DNA of 58,301 nucleotides from Clostridiales bacterium (GCA_012799455.1 JAAZLE010000008.1:1-58301); one strand, 5' to 3'. Shown: positions 1-9,361, counted from the first letter of the stretch. Made by a program: numbers and translations. The notes: generated from the sequence alone by a model not told the origin.

Positions 1-2
1 AA

Positions 3-1706
3 CAACTAATAGGTAATACATATGATATAAAGTATCCGTCTGTTGTGGCAATTAATCTCAAAGGTAAGTTAAGGAAAGGTGTTGGTCCTCACGACGTGGC
101 GTTAGCTTTGATTGGAAAAGTGTTTAAAGATGGGTTTGTTAAAAACAAGGTTTTAGAATTTGTGGGCGACGGCATTAAAAACCTACCAATAGAATATAGA
201 ATTGGTATAGATGTCATGACGACAGAAACATCTTGCCTTTCATCTATTTGGGAGACAGATAACCAAGTAGAAAAATATTTATTTGAGAGAGATAGAGGCG
301 AAGAGTATGTGGCAATCAGAGCTCAAGAAGGTGCATATTATGATGCCTTAATAGAGATAGATTTATCAAAAATAGAACCAATGATTGCTTTGCCATTTCA
401 TCCGAGTAATGTTTATAAGTTATCTGAATTAATTAATTCTCCATATGAGATATTAAAGAAGTGTGAAGACGAAGGAAGGAAATTATTAAAAAATCCTAAT
501 TTTACATTAACCCATATAATTAATGAAAAAGGTCAGATAGTTGTAGATCAGGCCATTATTGCAGGATGTGCAGGTGGAACATATGATAATATATTTGAAG
601 CAGCAAATATTTTAAAAAACAAAACCATAGGCACAGATCTATCAATGAGTATTTACTGTGGTTCACAACCGATTTATGCGGACCTTATGAAAAAGGGTGC
701 TTTATCTAAGTTAATAAACGCAGGGGCTATAATAAAAACATCTTTTTGTGGGCCATGTTTTGGAGCGGGAGATGTTCCGAGTAATAATGGTTTTTCGATA
801 AGACATACTACGCGGAATTTCGAAAATAGAGAGGGCTCTAAGCCAGATGAGGGGCAGTCGGCTTCAGTGGCGTTAATGGATACTAGGAGTATTGCAGCTA
901 CCGCAGCAAATAAGGGGGTATTAACTTCTGCATTAATGTATGACTACTCAACTGATATTCCTGAGTTTAATTATGACAAATCAATATATGAATTAAGAGT
1001 TTATGATGGATATGGAAAGCAAGACCAAGATATAGAGCTTCAGTATGGACCAAACATAAAGGATTGGCCTCAGATCCCGAAGCTTTCTAAGGTTTTGGCA
1101 ATGAGATTAGATTCCGTTATTGAAGATAGCGTGACAACAACGGATGAGCTAATTCCATCTGGTGAAACTTCTTCATATAGGAGCAATCCTACTCGTTTAG
1201 CACAGTTTGCGCTATCCCGGAAAGACCCTAAATACGTAGAGAGAGCAAAAGAAACAATAGAGAAATCAAAAAGCATTAAAGAAAAAGTAATCAAGAAGTT
1301 AGGTATCAACGACACTGAAATACTGGTAGGAAGTGCTATATACGCATTCAAACCTGGAGATGGAAGTGCGAGAGAGCAAGCAGCGTCTAGTCAAAGGGTG
1401 TTGGGCGGATCTGCGAATATAGCGAGAGAATATGCAACTAAAAGATATAGGTCAAATTTAATCAACTGGGGTATGCTGCCGTTATTGTCGGACAAACCCA
1501 TCGGTTATTTTAATGTGGGAGATATAATTGTATTAACGGACACAAATACTGCTATAGATACCGAAAAAGCCAGTGGGTGGCTAATTCGTGATAACTTATT
1601 AGAACCGATTGAATTTAAGCTTGGTAACCTAACAGAAGATGAAAAAAACATATTAAAGGCAGGATGTTTAATGAACTTCCAAAGAGACAATCTAAAAAAG
1701 CACTAA
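3..1706 (+). CDS. Aconitase-family [4Fe-4S] hydratase (YbhJ-like), 5' truncated by the window edge
   Basis: Frame is open from position 3 (QLIGNTYDIKYPSVVAINLKG), so the track start at 45 is internal. Aconitase cluster motifs IAGCAGG and FCGPCFGAG, HTTRNFENREGS, and a fused C-terminal swivel domain (TTDELIPSG, GDGSAREQAAS). Confidence 0.85.
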   Translation, partial: QLIGNTYDIKYPSVVAINLKGKLRKGVGPHDVALALIGKVFKDGFVKNKVLEFVGDGIKNLPIEYRIGIDVMTTETSCLSSIWETDNQVEKYLFERDRGEEYVAIRAQEGAYYDALIEIDLSKIEPMIALPFHPSNVYKLSELINSPYEILKKCEDEGRKLLKNPNFTLTHIINEKGQIVVDQAIIAGCAGGTYDNIFEAANILKNKTIGTDLSMSIYCGSQPIYADLMKKGALSKLINAGAIIKTSFCGPCFGAGDVPSNNGFSIRHTTRNFENREGSKPDEGQSASVALMDTRSIAATAANKGVLTSALMYDYSTDIPEFNYDKSIYELRVYDGYGKQDQDIELQYGPNIKDWPQIPKLSKVLAMRLDSVIEDSVTTTDELIPSGETSSYRSNPTRLAQFALSRKDPKYVERAKETIEKSKSIKEKVIKKLGINDTEILVGSAIYAFKPGDGSAREQAASSQRVLGGSANIAREYATKRYRSNLINWGMLPLLSDKPIGYFNVGDIIVLTDTNTAIDTEKASGWLIRDNLLEPIEFKLGNLTEDEKNILKAGCLMNFQRDNLKKH

Positions 1707-1812
1707 GTTCATACTTGATTAACATTATGACAAGGAATGTATAACAAAGAGAGTATTGCGAAGATTTTAATTGAGTAAACACTAAAAACACTTTATTTAT
1801 GAGGAGAGGAAA

Positions 1813-3114
1813 ATGATTTATGATGTTAAATATGAAACAATGAGTCGTGCAGATATGCAAAAATTGCAACTTGCGCGTTTTCAAAAAATAGTAAACTACG
1901 CTTATAATAATATTGCTTTCTATAAAAACAAGTACGACGCAGCTGGTTTTAAGCCAGAAGACTTAAATACTTTAGATGACATACGGAGAATACCTTTTGT
2001 AACAAAAAAAGATTTGAGAGATAATTATCCTTATGGCTTGCTTGCAGTACCTAAAGAAAGTTTGCTTAGAATACATGCATCAAGTGGCACAAGCGGCAAA
2101 CCAACAGTAGTTTGTTATACCAAAAACGATATGGAAGTATGGACAGAATGTTGTGCGCGAATATGTGCAGCAGCTGGAATCACAGCGAAGGATACCGTCC
2201 AAATCTCTTTTGGCTACGGGCTTTTTACAGGTGCTTTAGGGATGCATCAAGGGCTTGAGAGGGTTGGTGCGGCAGTAATACCAGCAAGTTCAGGCAATAC
2301 GGAAAGACAGGTTATTTTGCTTAAAGATTTGGCAGCAACAGGCTTAGTTGCGACTCCATCATATGCCTTGTATATTGCCGAAATGCTAGAAAAGTTAGGT
2401 TATGATATTAAAGATTTCAACTTAAAGTGGGGATTGTTTGGGAGCGAGGCTTCTACTCAAGAAATGCATAATGAACTGAGAAAAAGATTAAACATAGAAA
2501 CTACCGATAACTATGGGCTTAGCGAAATAATAGGACCGGGAGTATCGGGTGAATGTTTGATGCATGTTGGTATGCATATTAACGAAGACCATTTTTATCC
2601 CGAGGTTTTAGATTCTGTGACATTTGAACCAGTTGAAGAATCAACTCCAGGAGAACTTGTTTTAACAACATTAACAAAAGATGGCATGCCAATGATTAGA
2701 TACATGACGAAAGATATAACGTCTTTGGATTACTCGCCGTGCAGTTGTGGTAGAACTACTGTAAGAATGCAAAGAGTAACAGGACGGACTGATGATATGT
2801 TAATAATTAGGGGAGTAAATGTATTTCCATCTCAGGTAGAGTCGGTGCTCTTGGCGATGCCCGAAATAGGCGGACAATATGAAATGATTGTTACTAGAGA
2901 AAATTACTTAGATAAACTTGAGATAAGAGTTGAGGTCTTAGATGGAAATTTATTAACGGATTATGCAAACTTGCTTAAACTTAGAGATAAAGTTAAACAG
3001 AGAATCAAGGTGGTGCTACAGATTGATGCGGATATTAAGTTGGTTGAACCGTTGACTCTGAAGCGCTTTGAAGGAAAGTCTAAACGAGTCACAGATTTAA
3101 GAAATCTGAAATAG
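1813..3114 (+). CDS. Phenylacetate-CoA ligase family (PaaK-like) adenylate-forming enzyme, copy 1
   Basis: P-loop HASSGTSGKP, GYGLFTG, YGLSEIIGPGV, GRTDDMLIIRGVNVFPSQVE, C-terminal KSKRVTD; SD GAGGAG upstream. Confidence 0.9.
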   Translation: MIYDVKYETMSRADMQKLQLARFQKIVNYAYNNIAFYKNKYDAAGFKPEDLNTLDDIRRIPFVTKKDLRDNYPYGLLAVPKESLLRIHASSGTSGKPTVVCYTKNDMEVWTECCARICAAAGITAKDTVQISFGYGLFTGALGMHQGLERVGAAVIPASSGNTERQVILLKDLAATGLVATPSYALYIAEMLEKLGYDIKDFNLKWGLFGSEASTQEMHNELRKRLNIETTDNYGLSEIIGPGVSGECLMHVGMHINEDHFYPEVLDSVTFEPVEESTPGELVLTTLTKDGMPMIRYMTKDITSLDYSPCSCGRTTVRMQRVTGRTDDMLIIRGVNVFPSQVESVLLAMPEIGGQYEMIVTRENYLDKLEIRVEVLDGNLLTDYANLLKLRDKVKQRIKVVLQIDADIKLVEPLTLKRFEGKSKRVTDLRNLK

Positions 3115-3135
3115 AAGTATTTTACGAGGGGAAAA

Positions 3136-4860
3136 ATGCAAAATTTATTATTGGCAAATGAAGCTGTTGCAAGGGGTGCTTATGAGGCTGGAGTTAAGGT
3201 TATATCATCGTATCCAGGAACTCCATCTACCGAAATTACAGAGAGCGCTGCAAAATATTCAGATATGTATGTGGAATGGGCGCCAAATGAAAAAGTAGCC
3301 TTAGAAACCGCAATTGGAGCATCTTTCGCAGGTGTTAGAGCAATGAGTTGTATGAAGCATGTTGGATTAAACGTAGCTGCCGATCCGTTATTTACTGTAG
3401 CATATTCTGGGGTGAATGCGGGACTTGTTATTGTTGTGGCTGATGATCCAGGTATGCATAGTTCACAAAACGAACAAGATAGTAGGTACTATGCGCTGAG
3501 TGCACATGTACCTATGCTTGAACCATCAGATAGTCAGGAAGCAAAAGATTATATAAGAAAAGCTTATGTAATTAGTGAAAACTATGATACGCCAGTAATA
3601 GTTCGTCTCACAACGAGAATTGCTCATAGTAGAAGTTATGTTGAGCTAGAAGATAGGATTGAGTTAGAAACCAAGATATTTAAAAAAGATGTTTCAAAAT
3701 ATGTTATGATGCCTGCGATGGCTAGAGGTCGTCATATAAAGGTTGAAGAAAGAGAAAATAAACTTCAAGCAGATATTTCAAATTACAATTTAAATAAAAT
3801 CATTATGAGAGACAAGAAGGTAGGCATTGTGTGTGCAGGAAATGTATACCAGTATTGTAAGGAGGCCACAAACGCTTCGTTGTTTAAATTAGGAATGGTT
3901 TACCCAATAGATGTAGATGCAATAAAAAGATTTTCCCAAGAAGTGGAAGAGCTATTGGTAATTGAAGAACTCGAGCCATTCATCGAAAATAAACTCAAAG
4001 CACATGGCGTTAAATGTCGTGGAAAAGATGTTTTTGGCATCCAAGGAGAGTTTTCCGTAGCGTATATTCGTGAAAAACTCTACGGTGAAAAATCGCCGAA
4101 GCCTGAAAGGTCAATTCCAGTTAGACCTCCTGTTATGTGTCCAGGTTGCCCGCACAGGAGTGTATTATATGCATTAAAAAGATTAAAATTAACAGTCAAT
4201 GGAGATATAGGTTGTTATACACTAGGGGCGTCCGAGCCTATTTCTGCAGTTGATGCATGTGTTTGTATGGGGGCTAGTATAGGAATGTCTCATGGGTTTG
4301 ATAAGGCCAACCCCGAAAATTCAAAAAAGACGATTTCTGTTATTGGTGATAGCACTTTTGTACATAGTGGAATAACTGGGTTAATTAATGCGGTTTATAA
4401 TAAAGGCTGTTCAACAATAATGATATTAGATAATTCAATAACAGGAATGACTGGGCATCAAGACAACCCTACTACTGGTAAAACCATTTTAGGAGAAGAA
4501 ACGCACCAGCTTGATCTTAAGACACTCTGTGAAGCTTGCGGAGCATCAAGCGTTAGGATTGTTGACGCATATAATATTGAAGAAGTCAAAAAGGTGGTAA
4601 AGGAAGAGTTAGAAAGACCCTCTGTTTCGGTTATAATAGCCAAAAGGCCTTGCGCATTGTTGTTGAAGAAGCATTCACCTCCTCAAAAAATATTAGAGGA
4701 AAAATGTAGAAATTGCGGCATGTGTCTTACAATTGGATGTCCAGCTCTAGAAAAAAGGAATAGTGGCGTGGCTATCAATAGGGAATTGTGCGTGGGGTGT
4801 AAGGTGTGTAATCAAATGTGTAATTTTGGAGCAATCGTACAAGGAGATGCAAATGAGTAA
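3136..4860 (+). CDS. iorA: Indolepyruvate:ferredoxin oxidoreductase alpha subunit
   Basis: GYPGTPSTEI-like N-terminus (SYPGTPSTEI), MKHVGLNVAAD, MCPGCPHR, TPP motif GDSTFVHSG...NN-like, C-terminal two-[4Fe-4S] ferredoxin (CRNCGMC...CP; CVGCKVC...C). Confidence 0.92.
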   Translation: MQNLLLANEAVARGAYEAGVKVISSYPGTPSTEITESAAKYSDMYVEWAPNEKVALETAIGASFAGVRAMSCMKHVGLNVAADPLFTVAYSGVNAGLVIVVADDPGMHSSQNEQDSRYYALSAHVPMLEPSDSQEAKDYIRKAYVISENYDTPVIVRLTTRIAHSRSYVELEDRIELETKIFKKDVSKYVMMPAMARGRHIKVEERENKLQADISNYNLNKIIMRDKKVGIVCAGNVYQYCKEATNASLFKLGMVYPIDVDAIKRFSQEVEELLVIEELEPFIENKLKAHGVKCRGKDVFGIQGEFSVAYIREKLYGEKSPKPERSIPVRPPVMCPGCPHRSVLYALKRLKLTVNGDIGCYTLGASEPISAVDACVCMGASIGMSHGFDKANPENSKKTISVIGDSTFVHSGITGLINAVYNKGCSTIMILDNSITGMTGHQDNPTTGKTILGEETHQLDLKTLCEACGASSVRIVDAYNIEEVKKVVKEELERPSVSVIIAKRPCALLLKKHSPPQKILEEKCRNCGMCLTIGCPALEKRNSGVAINRELCVGCKVCNQMCNFGAIVQGDANE

Positions 4861-5452
4861 TAATAGTTATAAAACAAACATTTTGATTGTTGGGGTTGGC
4901 GGTCAAGGATCCTTGCTCGCAAGCAAAATATTAGGATCTATCGCTAAAATAATAGGGTATGATTGTAAGTTAAGTGAAGTGCACGGAATGAGTCAAAGAG
5001 GCGGGAGCGTAGTAACTCATGTAAGAATTGATGGTGAAGTAGTTTCTCCAATTATTACACCTGGCGAGGCAGATTACATCATAGCATTTGAGATGTTAGA
5101 AGCATATAGATGGTCATATTACCTAAAAAAAGATGGCATAATGATTGTTAATAAACAAAAAATATTACCTATGCCAGTAATTATGGGAAAAGAAAAGTAT
5201 CCTGAGGATATACTTAATGATTTGAAGGCAAACAATATTAATATATGTGAAGTTGACGGACTACAACTTGCGCACAAGGCGGGTGGGAGTAAAACGGTAA
5301 ACGTAGTACTAATTGGCGTGTTTTGTGCGTTAAATAATATTCCATTTGTTGTTGCGGAAGAGGCATTATGTCAGAGTGTAAAAGAAAAGTTTATAGCTAT
5401 GAATAAAAAAGCGCTAATGTTAGGGTATGAGAGCGCATGTAAATCAAAATAA
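4853..5452 (+). CDS. iorB: Indolepyruvate:ferredoxin oxidoreductase beta subunit
   Basis: GVGGQG, SEVHGMSQRGGSV, NVVLIG motifs. Start moved from track 4763 to ATG 4853 (SD AAGGAG at 4841-4846; overlaps the iorA stop). Confidence 0.9.
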   Translation: MSNNSYKTNILIVGVGGQGSLLASKILGSIAKIIGYDCKLSEVHGMSQRGGSVVTHVRIDGEVVSPIITPGEADYIIAFEMLEAYRWSYYLKKDGIMIVNKQKILPMPVIMGKEKYPEDILNDLKANNINICEVDGLQLAHKAGGSKTVNVVLIGVFCALNNIPFVVAEEALCQSVKEKFIAMNKKALMLGYESACKSK

Positions 5453-5553
5453 AATACTAGAATATGCGATTATGCTGATTTAGTTTATTACCGTAAATAG
5501 ATAAAACATAATTAAGTAGTTTGCTAAAGTAATATTAGTGGTGAAGATGATAT

Positions 5554-6867
5554 ATGAATAGAATATTTAATGAAAAATACGAATGCATGAACAAACGCGA
5601 TAAGTTTGATTTACAATCAGAAAGACTAAGAGATGTTGTTCAACGAGTTTATTGTAATGTTCCGTGGTACCGTAGAAAAATGGAAGATGTTGGTATTAAA
5701 CCAGACGATATTAAAGATATAAATGACATAGTAAAGCTTCCGTTTACAGAAAAAAAAGATTTAAGAGAAAATTACCCGTTTGGGAGTTTTGCATTGCCGA
5801 ATAAAAACATAGTGCGAGTACATGCTTCGTCTGGTACATCAGGGAAACTTACTGTCGTAGGTTATACAAAACACGATCTTGCAAACTGGGCGGAATGCTG
5901 CGCTAGGGGTTTGTACGGGGTTGGAGTGGATGAGGAATCAATAATCCACATAGCATATGGTTATGGGTTGTTTACGGGGGGATTAGGAATACATTATGGT
6001 GGAGAATATCTAGGAGCTATGGTTGTTCCTGTATCTTCAGGAAATACTCCTAGACAAATAATGTTGCTTGAAGATTTTAAGGCTGATACTATTTGCTGCA
6101 CTCCGTCATATGCTATTTTTTTATCAGAGGAAGCAAAAAAGATTGGCAAGGACCCTAGGCAGTTCGCTTTAAAATATGGATTTTTCGGAGCGGAGCCTTG
6201 GACTGAAGAAATGCGAAATAAAATAGAAAAAGCTTACTTGATAAAGGCTTATGATATATATGGTCTGTCTGAAATAACCGGGCCAGGTGTTGCTACTGAA
6301 TGTTTTTATCAATGTGGTTCGCATGTGCAAGATGACATGTTTTATCCCGAAATTATTAATCCTGAATCTGGGCTCCAATTAAGTTATGGAGAAGAGGGAG
6401 AGTTGGTTTTTACAACCTTGTTAAAGGAAGGAATGCCACTCATTCGGTACAGAACCAGAGATGTAGGTTCTATTACTGATGAAATATGTAAGTGCGGGCG
6501 TACTTCCGTAAGGCTAAGAAAAATTACTGGACGCTATGATGATATGATAATAGTCAAAGGTGTCAATGTATTCCCATCTCAAATAGAAACAGCACTATTA
6601 AATTGTGATGAAAGAGTAACTTCTAATTTTAGGGTAGTATTGGATAGGGTTAACAATCTTGATATAATGGACATAGAGATTGAACTAGCTACAGGTGTTG
6701 CGTTTGACGAAGTTAGAGAAATAGAAAAACTAACCGCCAAAGTTGCGAGTACTGTTGCTTCGGAGATAGGGGTTACATGTAATATTAAATTGATTTCGAG
6801 CGGCAAACTCTTAACTAAAGAGGGAGAAAAAATTAAAAGAGTTTTAGATAATAGAAATAATAAATAA
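5554..6867 (+). CDS. paaK: Phenylacetate-CoA ligase family (PaaK-like), copy 2
   Basis: HASSGTSGK, YGYGLFTGGLG, FGAEPW, YGLSEITGPGV, GRYDDMIIVKGVNVFPSQIE; closer to the canonical PaaK consensus than copy 1. Confidence 0.88.
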   Translation: MNRIFNEKYECMNKRDKFDLQSERLRDVVQRVYCNVPWYRRKMEDVGIKPDDIKDINDIVKLPFTEKKDLRENYPFGSFALPNKNIVRVHASSGTSGKLTVVGYTKHDLANWAECCARGLYGVGVDEESIIHIAYGYGLFTGGLGIHYGGEYLGAMVVPVSSGNTPRQIMLLEDFKADTICCTPSYAIFLSEEAKKIGKDPRQFALKYGFFGAEPWTEEMRNKIEKAYLIKAYDIYGLSEITGPGVATECFYQCGSHVQDDMFYPEIINPESGLQLSYGEEGELVFTTLLKEGMPLIRYRTRDVGSITDEICKCGRTSVRLRKITGRYDDMIIVKGVNVFPSQIETALLNCDERVTSNFRVVLDRVNNLDIMDIEIELATGVAFDEVREIEKLTAKVASTVASEIGVTCNIKLISSGKLLTKEGEKIKRVLDNRNNK

Positions 6868-6886
6868 GAAAAGAAGGAGGCGTTAC

Positions 6887-7294
6887 ATGTTAGTTAATCA
6901 GATTGCAGTATTTTTGGAAAATAGAAGTGGTAGAATTTGTGAGTTTGCAAAAGTTTTGAAGGATGCGAACATAAATATTCAAACAATGAATATTGCTGAT
7001 ACTGCTGAGTATGGAATTCTTAGAGCTATAACTAGCGATAACCAAAAAGCGATACAAGTACTCAAGGAGAATGGTTTTAATACTGCTGCTTCTGACTTGA
7101 TTGGTTTTAAAGTTGCTGATAAGCCAGGTGAAATGTACAAAGTATTACGTATGTTTGAGGACGAAAATATAAATATATCATATTTATACTCATATGCAGA
7201 GATAGGTTCAAAACAAGCTTGTATATTATTAAAAGTAGATTGCCCAGAGACTGCTATAAAATTACTCACAAAAAATAACGTTGAAGGGATATGA
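6887..7294 (+). CDS. Tandem ACT-domain protein
   Basis: QIAVFLENRSGR...NI and KVADKPGEM...NISYLY give two ACT repeats; family commonly adjacent to paaK/iorAB; SD AAGGAGG. Confidence 0.85.
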   Translation: MLVNQIAVFLENRSGRICEFAKVLKDANINIQTMNIADTAEYGILRAITSDNQKAIQVLKENGFNTAASDLIGFKVADKPGEMYKVLRMFEDENINISYLYSYAEIGSKQACILLKVDCPETAIKLLTKNNVEGI

Positions 7295-7836
7295 TAAACA
7301 AAACACAACTAAGACTGATTGCAAAATCCAAGTTTATAATTGACAAAAGTTTTAAAGATCAAGTTATCGCAAACAATGTTTTTGCTTTTGTAAAATATAG
7401 AGAGGCGTCTAAGGTGTTTATATATTTGTCTCTCGATGATGAGGTTTCCACAGATTCGATTATTGAAAAATCTTTTTCAGAAGGAAAGCGTGTATTTGTC
7501 CCAGTTGTTAAAGGTGATAAAATGTGCGCTGTTGAGATTTATCCAACTACGCAAATGATATTAGGTGTATTTGGGATACGAGAGCCACAAACATATAGTT
7601 TTGAACCCCAAAGCCCAATAATAGATATTGCAATTATTCCCATGGTTGCTGGAGACAAACAACTTAATAGGCTCGGTCAAGGTGGTGGCTACTATGATAA
7701 GTGGTTAGCAGAAAATTATATATTCAAATTAGGTATATGTTACGATGAGCGAGTGTTTGACTCGATACTTTCGTTTGACCACGATATAAAAATGGACACA
7801 ATAATAACAGATAAAACAATTTATAAAAATGAATGA
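7291..7836 (+). CDS. 5-formyltetrahydrofolate cyclo-ligase
   Basis: FGIREP, IIPMVAGD, RLGQGGGYYDK, HDIKMDTIIT motifs; ATGA overlap with the ACT gene. Confidence 0.88.
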   Translation: MINKTQLRLIAKSKFIIDKSFKDQVIANNVFAFVKYREASKVFIYLSLDDEVSTDSIIEKSFSEGKRVFVPVVKGDKMCAVEIYPTTQMILGVFGIREPQTYSFEPQSPIIDIAIIPMVAGDKQLNRLGQGGGYYDKWLAENYIFKLGICYDERVFDSILSFDHDIKMDTIITDKTIYKNE

Positions 7837-7878
7837 GATAATAGTTGGTTTGCTTATATCCAACATGAGGAATGATGT

Positions 7879-8868
7879 ATGAGAATCATTGCAGGAAAAT
7901 ATAAAGGTAGAAACCTCTTTACAGAAAAAGATAAAGACATTAGGCCCACGACAGACCGTGTAAAAGAAAATATGTTTAATCTTGTCCAACACACAAAATA
8001 TCAAAACGGGAATGTGTTAGATTTATTTTGCGGGAGTGGAGCTTTAGGGGTAGAAACTTTGTCCAGAGGCGCATCGTATTGTTTATTTTGTGACCACAGT
8101 GAAAAGGCTATAGAGGTGTTAAAAAAGAACCTTGCGAACCTTGACGCTAAATATGATATATTTCACGGTAGTTACTCTCTAGCTATATCTCAAGCAAGTA
8201 GAACTGGTCTTAAGTTTAAATTGATTATTTTAGATCCGCCATATGGGAAGTTCTCAATAGAAGACATTCTTAAGGAAATAATAAAAGCTAACATCCTTGA
8301 TGAAGAAGGTATTGTAATAATAGAGAGACCCCTGGGAGATAAGGACTATTTACTTCCACAAGGTTTATATACACTGGATTCGCGGGATTATGGAAATATA
8401 ACATTAGATATATTAGCATTAGGTGATGCGGTAGCCGTTACGGGGACTTTTGATCCATATACAATTGGGCATGATTTTTTGGTTGAAAAGGCTCTGGAGC
8501 AGTTTAAGTGCGTCCATATTGTTTTGTTGGACAATCCAGATAAGGTGCCAAGTCAATCTAAGAAAATGAGAAAAAAAAGAATAGAACAAGCCGTACGTAG
8601 GTATAGGTTAGGAAGTAGAATCAAAGTTAACGAGTATGATGGCCTTGCTATTGACTATTGCAAAAGTAATGATATAAGATATATCATAAGAGGCTTTAGA
8701 AACGAAGAAGATCTTATTTACGAGAAAAACATGGCAGACTGGAATTTAAAATACGGGAATATTGAGACAATATTAATTGAAGCAAGAGATAAGTCCATAA
8801 GTTCAGCTGAAGTGAGAAGAAGGCTTGAGGCTGGAGAAGATGTATCAAGTTTATTAGTCGGTGATTAA
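7879..8868 (+). CDS. rsmD-coaD: Fusion of 16S rRNA m2G966 methyltransferase RsmD (aa ~1-180) and phosphopantetheine adenylyltransferase CoaD (aa ~184-329)
   Basis: RsmD: MRIIAGKYKGR, RPTTDRVKE, LDLFCGSGALGVE, ILDPPY, RDYG. CoaD: GTFDPYTIGH, NPDK, DGLAIDY, IIRGFR, ISSAEVR. One uninterrupted frame. Confidence 0.88.
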   Translation: MRIIAGKYKGRNLFTEKDKDIRPTTDRVKENMFNLVQHTKYQNGNVLDLFCGSGALGVETLSRGASYCLFCDHSEKAIEVLKKNLANLDAKYDIFHGSYSLAISQASRTGLKFKLIILDPPYGKFSIEDILKEIIKANILDEEGIVIIERPLGDKDYLLPQGLYTLDSRDYGNITLDILALGDAVAVTGTFDPYTIGHDFLVEKALEQFKCVHIVLLDNPDKVPSQSKKMRKKRIEQAVRRYRLGSRIKVNEYDGLAIDYCKSNDIRYIIRGFRNEEDLIYEKNMADWNLKYGNIETILIEARDKSISSAEVRRRLEAGEDVSSLLVGD

Positions 8869-9327
8869 ATGGAAGACATAGAAGATTTATTGTTAAAAAT
8901 AGAACAGGAATTAAGTCAGGGTAAAAAAACATTAATTGGGTCAGGTACAATAATAGATGCTGCAACAATTTATGGGCTAGTAGATAGAATAAGAAATTCT
9001 CTTCCAGATGTTGTAAGAGAAGCGCGATATATAGTAAAAACGAGTTCTCGTAGGCAGCAAGAGGAGGAAGAAAAGGCTCATCAAATTATATCACAAGCAA
9101 AGAACAAGGCAGATATTATTTTATCGGAACATGAACTAGTAAAGATGGCGCAAAAAGAAAGCGAGGCAATAAAGAGCGAGGCGCTTGAGTTCAAAAACAG
9201 GATAATCAAAGATATTGCAAAAGATATAGAAATAATGCTCACGGGAGTAGAAGATAAATTATTGGAAAATCTACAAATAGTTAGAACGGCATTACAACAA
9301 AACAGCGATAAGTTTGAATTAGAATAA
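8869..9327 (+). CDS. Conserved coiled-coil protein of unknown function (type often labelled ATPase subunit H-like) downstream of coaD
   Basis: 152 aa, helical and E/K/A-rich, LVDRIRNSLPDVVREA and AHQIISQAKNKAD repeats; starts immediately after the fusion stop. Confidence 0.7.
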   Translation: MEDIEDLLLKIEQELSQGKKTLIGSGTIIDAATIYGLVDRIRNSLPDVVREARYIVKTSSRRQQEEEEKAHQIISQAKNKADIILSEHELVKMAQKESEAIKSEALEFKNRIIKDIAKDIEIMLTGVEDKLLENLQIVRTALQQNSDKFELE

Positions 9328-9361
9328 AAAAGTCTACCAATTTATGTAAACAACTCAAAAT

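Noticed and set aside
4763-4852. Track N-terminal extension of iorB, and similar extensions for rplS (25412), rpsU (52252), iscU (40489) and trmD (23023)
   Set aside because: Downstream ATGs with proper SD sequences and family-typical N-termini fit better.
8421-8434. AGGTGA plus ATG at the RsmD-CoaD junction as an internal coaD start
   Set aside because: The ATG is out of frame, has no spacing from the SD-like sequence, and gives only ATG-CGG-TAG.
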